From a virus (lineage: Duplodnaviria > Caudoviricetes): a stretch of DNA of 64,000 nucleotides. Each line of letters begins with the position of its first letter. The stretch's first letter is position 1. The stretch spans positions 32,001-96,000 of IMG/VR virus record IMGVR_UViG_3300028591_000106, one strand, 5' to 3'. This document shows, one piece after another, positions 60,017 through 64,000 of the stretch. Under the pieces are notes generated by a model that saw only the letters and a list, made by a program, of their open reading frames with translations, was not told where the DNA came from and made no database searches. The translations under genes were made by a program, and so were the position numbers.

Positions 60017-60814
60017 ATGAATTATATTATTGATGGAACTTAGCTTACTGCAATAGCTGATGCAATTAGAGAAAAAACTGGGGAAGTTAATACTATGACT
60101 GTCGATGAGATGCCTGATGAAATTTCAGGCATCTCAGGCGGAATACCAGTACTCACTGAATCATAGTGGAATTCATTAACAACTGCATAGAAATAGTCTT
60201 ATAATTTAGTTGCTATACGAGATAAAGATCAAGGTTTTGAACGCGGTATTCTTGTAAATGGTGCTGATTATGTTGAAAAATCTTGGGATTTTACAGTAGT
60301 TAAAACTGGTTCTATAAGTGGGACTGAGACATATGAGTTTGAAGAATCTGGAACATATCAATTATTTATGATAGCAATTAACAGTGAGGCTTCAACATTT
60401 AATTTGAATAATACAGCTAGTTTAAATAATAACGCTATTACTGGTGAAGATATGAAATACAATGCTTGGGATGGTAGTTAGACAGATAAAAGAAATTATC
60501 GTATAACTAAATTTGAATTCAATGCGAATGTAAACGATATTTTAAGTTTTGAAACCTCTAATGTATCAAGCTATACTAATACGATATATGCAATTATAAA
60601 ATCTGATATTGCGTCAGTTGTTAAAACACTATCAACAGCAGACGATGTCACATCTGGAACATATGACGAACAGGCAATTGTTATGTATGGTACTTCTAAT
60701 TCAAATGCTGGTGGAACAATAGCAATAGAAGCTTATTTACCTAATACTCTTATTACGACGCCTTCGCCTGGATAGAGTTATAAATCATCATATATTTTCT
60801 GGTTCGAAATTTAA
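60017..60814 (+). CDS. Tail fibre-associated protein (265 aa)
   Basis: N-terminal LTAIADAIREKTG...MTVDEMPDEI motif; several TAGs; missed by the ORF track. Confidence 0.72.
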
Positions 60815-60841
60815 TTTATATATCATAAGGAGTTGAGAGAA

Positions 60842-61972
60842 ATGGAGTATGATTTTAACAAATACGCTACCTTTGGTTCAGATGGCGGCGGAGAATTTTA
60901 TGGTAAAAATTCTCCACAAAATATTGGCTATACTGATGGCATTCCCTATCCAGAGCCAAACTGGGAGCCTTTTGAAACTGCAACTTCTTCAGTTTCAACA
61001 TTAAAAAAAAATGAAAAAATTTTAGGCATGACCTATGGTTACTTTGCCAATCGTGGAGAAATTACATCAGCTAGTGGACTTAAATCACAACAGGCGATGT
61101 TTAATCTTGGAATTAACTGGACTTGTTTAACGGTAGTAAATTATCAAGAAACATATCACTCAACTCGAATTTATGCAGATCATCTAAGAACTCCTTCTGA
61201 CTATGATATAGAGCAATTCATTTCCAACGCTCATAACCGCAATATTAAAGTTTGTTTAAAACCGATGATTCATTCAGAAGATAATGTCTGGCGTGCTCAT
61301 ATTGGCTTTCCAGATTTAAACATGGATGATCTAAATGCGTATTGGTAGCCGTGGTTTGAGTCTTACAAAAACTTTATTCTTCGCTATGCCGAATTGGCTT
61401 AGCGTTGCGGCGTAGAAATGTTGTGTATTGGATGCGAAATGCTAGGTACAGAACATCGTCGATATGATTGGGAATACATCATTAAAGAAGTTCGTAGAGT
61501 CTATCATGGTGCAGTAGTCTATAATACAAATCATGACCATGAAGATGCACAAGAGTGGTTTGATTGTCTTGACTATATTGGAACATCTGCGTACTTTCCA
61601 GTTGGTAGACCAGATAGCTCATATGCAACTATGCTAAAAAATTGGCAAGAGGTCCGTTATCGTCTTGATGCGATTGCAGAAAGCCGCGGCAAGAGATTTA
61701 TTTTTATGGAAGTAGGATGCCGCTCTGTTAAGGGAGCATCTCAACATCCTTGGGACTTCACTCAAGAATTGGAATATAGTGAATGTGAACAGGAAGATTT
61801 TTATCGCTCTTGTATGAATATATTCTATGATGATCCTTACTTTGCTGGCGTATTCTGGTGGGATTGGCCTACTAATCTTCCTAAGAAAAAAGATAAAGAA
61901 TTTTATATTTATTAGAAACAAACAGAGCGTTATTTGACTGATTTCAATAAGACTAAATTGTTAAAGAAATAA
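60842..61972 (+). CDS. Glycoside hydrolase family 113 (beta-mannanase-like TIM barrel)
   Basis: GMTYG, VCLKPM, WRAHI, WFESY, CIGCEM (acid/base Glu), SAYFP, FMEVGC (nucleophile Glu), GVFWWDW; three TAGs. Confidence 0.82.
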
Positions 61973-61991
61973 CGCCTCAAAATTACATTAA

Positions 61992-62028
61992 TAGAGAGAA
62001 GACTAATAACCTTCTCTCTATTTCTTTT
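61992..62028 (+). terminator. Rho-independent terminator
   Basis: TAGAGAGAAG/CTTCTCTCTA stem followed by TTTCTTTT. Confidence 0.75.
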
Positions 62029-62042
62029 ATGGAGGGATTTTA

Positions 62043-62225
62043 ATGCTAAAATTAACAGATGAGCAAAAGAAGGAAATCGTAAAAGCAAGATTCTATGGCT
62101 TCCTTCCTTATTAGATTGCCAATGTTATGGATATTACTTCGCCAGATGTTCTTCAAATCGTAAAAGAGAACGAAGACTATACTGCAGAATTGGAGGGAAG
62201 AAACTATGTAGATGAAGGGAATTGA
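62043..62225 (+). CDS. Small HTH-like protein overlapping the endolysin start
   Basis: LTDEQKKEIVKA..YG...Y(Q)IANVMDI; SD GGAGG; TAG at codon 24. Confidence 0.6.
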
Positions 62226-63297
62226 TGTTAGTGTATGGAATGGCACTATTGATTGGGCAAAAGCAAAAACAGACATTGACTTTGCAATTCTTCGTGCAGG
62301 CTATGGAAGATTAGTTTCTCAAAAAGATGGGTAGTTTGAAAATAATTACAAGGGATGCAAAGAAAATAACATTCCATTTGGCGTCTATTGGTATAACTAT
62401 GCAACAACAGTAGAAGATGCTAAAGAGGAAGCCGCAGCTTGTATTGAAGTTTTAAAGGGCAAGACTTTTGATATGCCGGTCTGGTATGACATTGAAGAAA
62501 ATAATGTCTTTGATACTGGCAAGGAAAATGTTTCTAAGATTGCAAAGGTCTTTTGTGAAGTTCTTAAGGCTGCAGGTTATAAGGTCGGTATCTATTCTTC
62601 TCTTTGCACATTCAAAGCATATTTTACAGAAGAAGTTAAAAATAAATATGATATCTGGCTTGCTCATGTAGGAGCTGGTGGTCAGCCACTTACAAAAACT
62701 TCCTATGACGGTCACAAAGAAATGTGGCAGTATTCTTGGAAGGGTGTAATTAGTGGTATTAAAGGAGATGTTGATACAGATTACTGCTATAAGGATTACA
62801 GCTCCGCCGCAGTACCTGAACCAGTAAAACCTACTACACCAATCGTTAAGCCTGCGAACGGCGGCGAAAAGATCGATGTTATTTATAGTGCTTATATTGG
62901 AAGATGGCTAGGAACCATTACTAACTATAACGATGTTAATACTAATGGTTATGCAGGTATTCCAAAGAGAGGGATCTCCGGTCTCGCTGCTAAAGCAACA
63001 AAAGGTATTTTAAGATATAGAGTCCATACTGTAAATGGACAGTGGCTTGGTTGGATTACTAATTTTAACTAGGCAAATTGGGCAACTGGTGTTGCAGGTA
63101 TTGCTGGTAGAAATATTGACGGTATCTAGGCTGAGCTTGTTGGTGTTCCCGGATATTAGGTTGAATATCGTGTTGGAACTTATAGAACTCCTGGTTATTT
63201 ATCTTGGATTCGTGGATACGGCGCCGGCTCTATGGGATATGCGGGAATCTATGGATAGACTATTGACAGAATTCAAATGAGAATTGTCAAAATTTAA
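62206..63297 (+). CDS. GH25 muramidase endolysin with C-terminal ChW-like cell-wall-binding region
   Basis: KGIDVSVWNG, FAILRAGYG, GVYWY, VWYDIE, MWQYS, VDTD; C-terminal YRVH...WLGW and AGI.G..ID repeats; starts ATG-TAG-ATG; six TAGs. Confidence 0.9.
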
Positions 63298-63309
63298 TGA
63301 GGTGATTTA

Positions 63310-63627
63310 ATGGAAACAATGTTGGGTATGAGTGCAGGTTCTGTTCTTGGTATTGCAGGAACTTTGGCAGCTATTAATACTATTATTGTAGAGGTATTGA
63401 AGAATATTCTTCCTAAAAAAGTTCCTACTAAAATTGTTGCCATGATCTCTGCTATGGTCGTTGTTCTTGGATACATTTTCCTTTTTGGAGTTATTACTCC
63501 TCAAAGCATTATTCTCGGTATCCTTGGCGGCTTTGTTGTAGCTTTTATTTCCATGTTCGGTTTTGATTCTCTTAAAGATATATTTAATAGATTCAAAATC
63601 AAGGAGGATGACGGTGGTGAGAAATAA
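63310..63627 (+). CDS. Holin (3 TM)
   Basis: Three hydrophobic helices, charged C-terminus, directly after the endolysin. Confidence 0.75.
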   Translation: METMLGMSAGSVLGIAGTLAAINTIIVEVLKNILPKKVPTKIVAMISAMVVVLGYIFLFGVITPQSIILGILGGFVVAFISMFGFDSLKDIFNRFKIKEDDGGEK

Positions 63628-64000
63628 TGGCGGAAAACAGATCAACAGAACAGGAAAGGTTTGATGATTTTGTTACTAATCTTATTAAAACAACCGATGT
63701 TTCAGATTTTAATGGAGCCTTGCTTAAAGGATTGGAGAATTAGACACCTGATTTTTGGAGATATATGATTGATTATATGTATCATGAATATGAAGATTAG
63801 TATTTAGGTCATGCGCCCATTCAAGAAGATGACTTCCCCGGAACTCCATCATTTGTTGAATTTTTGAATCAGTATATTGATTTAGATAATGATACAAATA
63901 GAAAAACAAGTTGGTCTACAATTTGGCAACAAATTAAAACCAATGCAATTAAAGGGGATAATGAGGTATGGAATGAGTCATTAGCGAATATTATTAAAAC
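63627..64000 (+). CDS. Hypothetical protein (3'-partial)
   Basis: TAATG overlap with the holin; open to the window end with two TAGs. Confidence 0.6.

Noticed and set aside
63310-63627. TAG-free holin as evidence of separate lysis timing
   Set aside because: It has only one Gln codon, so the absence of TAG is uninformative.
1-64000. Mass pseudogenisation / decayed prophage or sequencing error
   Set aside because: Interruptions are TAG only, I found no frameshifts, catalytic motifs are intact and TAG aligns with conserved Gln.
1-64000. Suppressor tRNA-CUA, release factor or GlnRS
   Set aside because: No cloverleaf or matching protein motif seen, and the intergenic gaps are short and explained by promoters/terminators. 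These genes may lie outside the window; tRNAscan/ARAGORN would be decisive.
1-64000. TAG as pyrrolysine or another amino acid
   Set aside because: No pyl genes seen, and the diagnostic conserved positions point to Gln.

Overview
This is a 64-kb slice of a large, AT-rich tailed bacteriophage genome. The host is probably a Gram-positive, Clostridia-like bacterium (inferred from GAGGTG Shine-Dalgarno sites, extended -10 sigmaA promoters, PG-binding/ChW lysin domains and an HPr homologue). The supplied ORF track looks fragmented because TAG is read as a sense codon (Gln, genetic code 15). Read that way, the fragments join into full-length, tightly packed genes ending in TAA or TGA. There are three blocks. 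(1) 1-17.6 kb, plus strand: tail morphogenesis (tape measure, CHAP lysin, giant Dit-like and Tal-like proteins). (2) 17.6-51.7 kb, minus strand: replication and nucleotide metabolism (RuvC-like, dUTPase, ClpP, DnaE, RecJ, primase, DnaB, PIN-PhoH, Sak4-like ATPase, SSB, GyrA/GyrB, TrxB, NrdG/NrdD/NrdH, RNase H, ligase, kinase). (3) 51.7-64 kb, plus strand: HPr-like protein, tail fibres, a GH113 glycosidase, a GH25 endolysin and a holin. TAG use is strongly patterned: none in the large promoter-proximal replication enzymes, clustered near 5' ends in many other minus-strand genes, dense in structural genes, and at codon 2 of the endolysin. This suggests staged translational gating. I saw no suppressor tRNA or release factor in this window. 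All coordinates were derived by hand under code 15 and all family calls come from motif recognition, not database searches.
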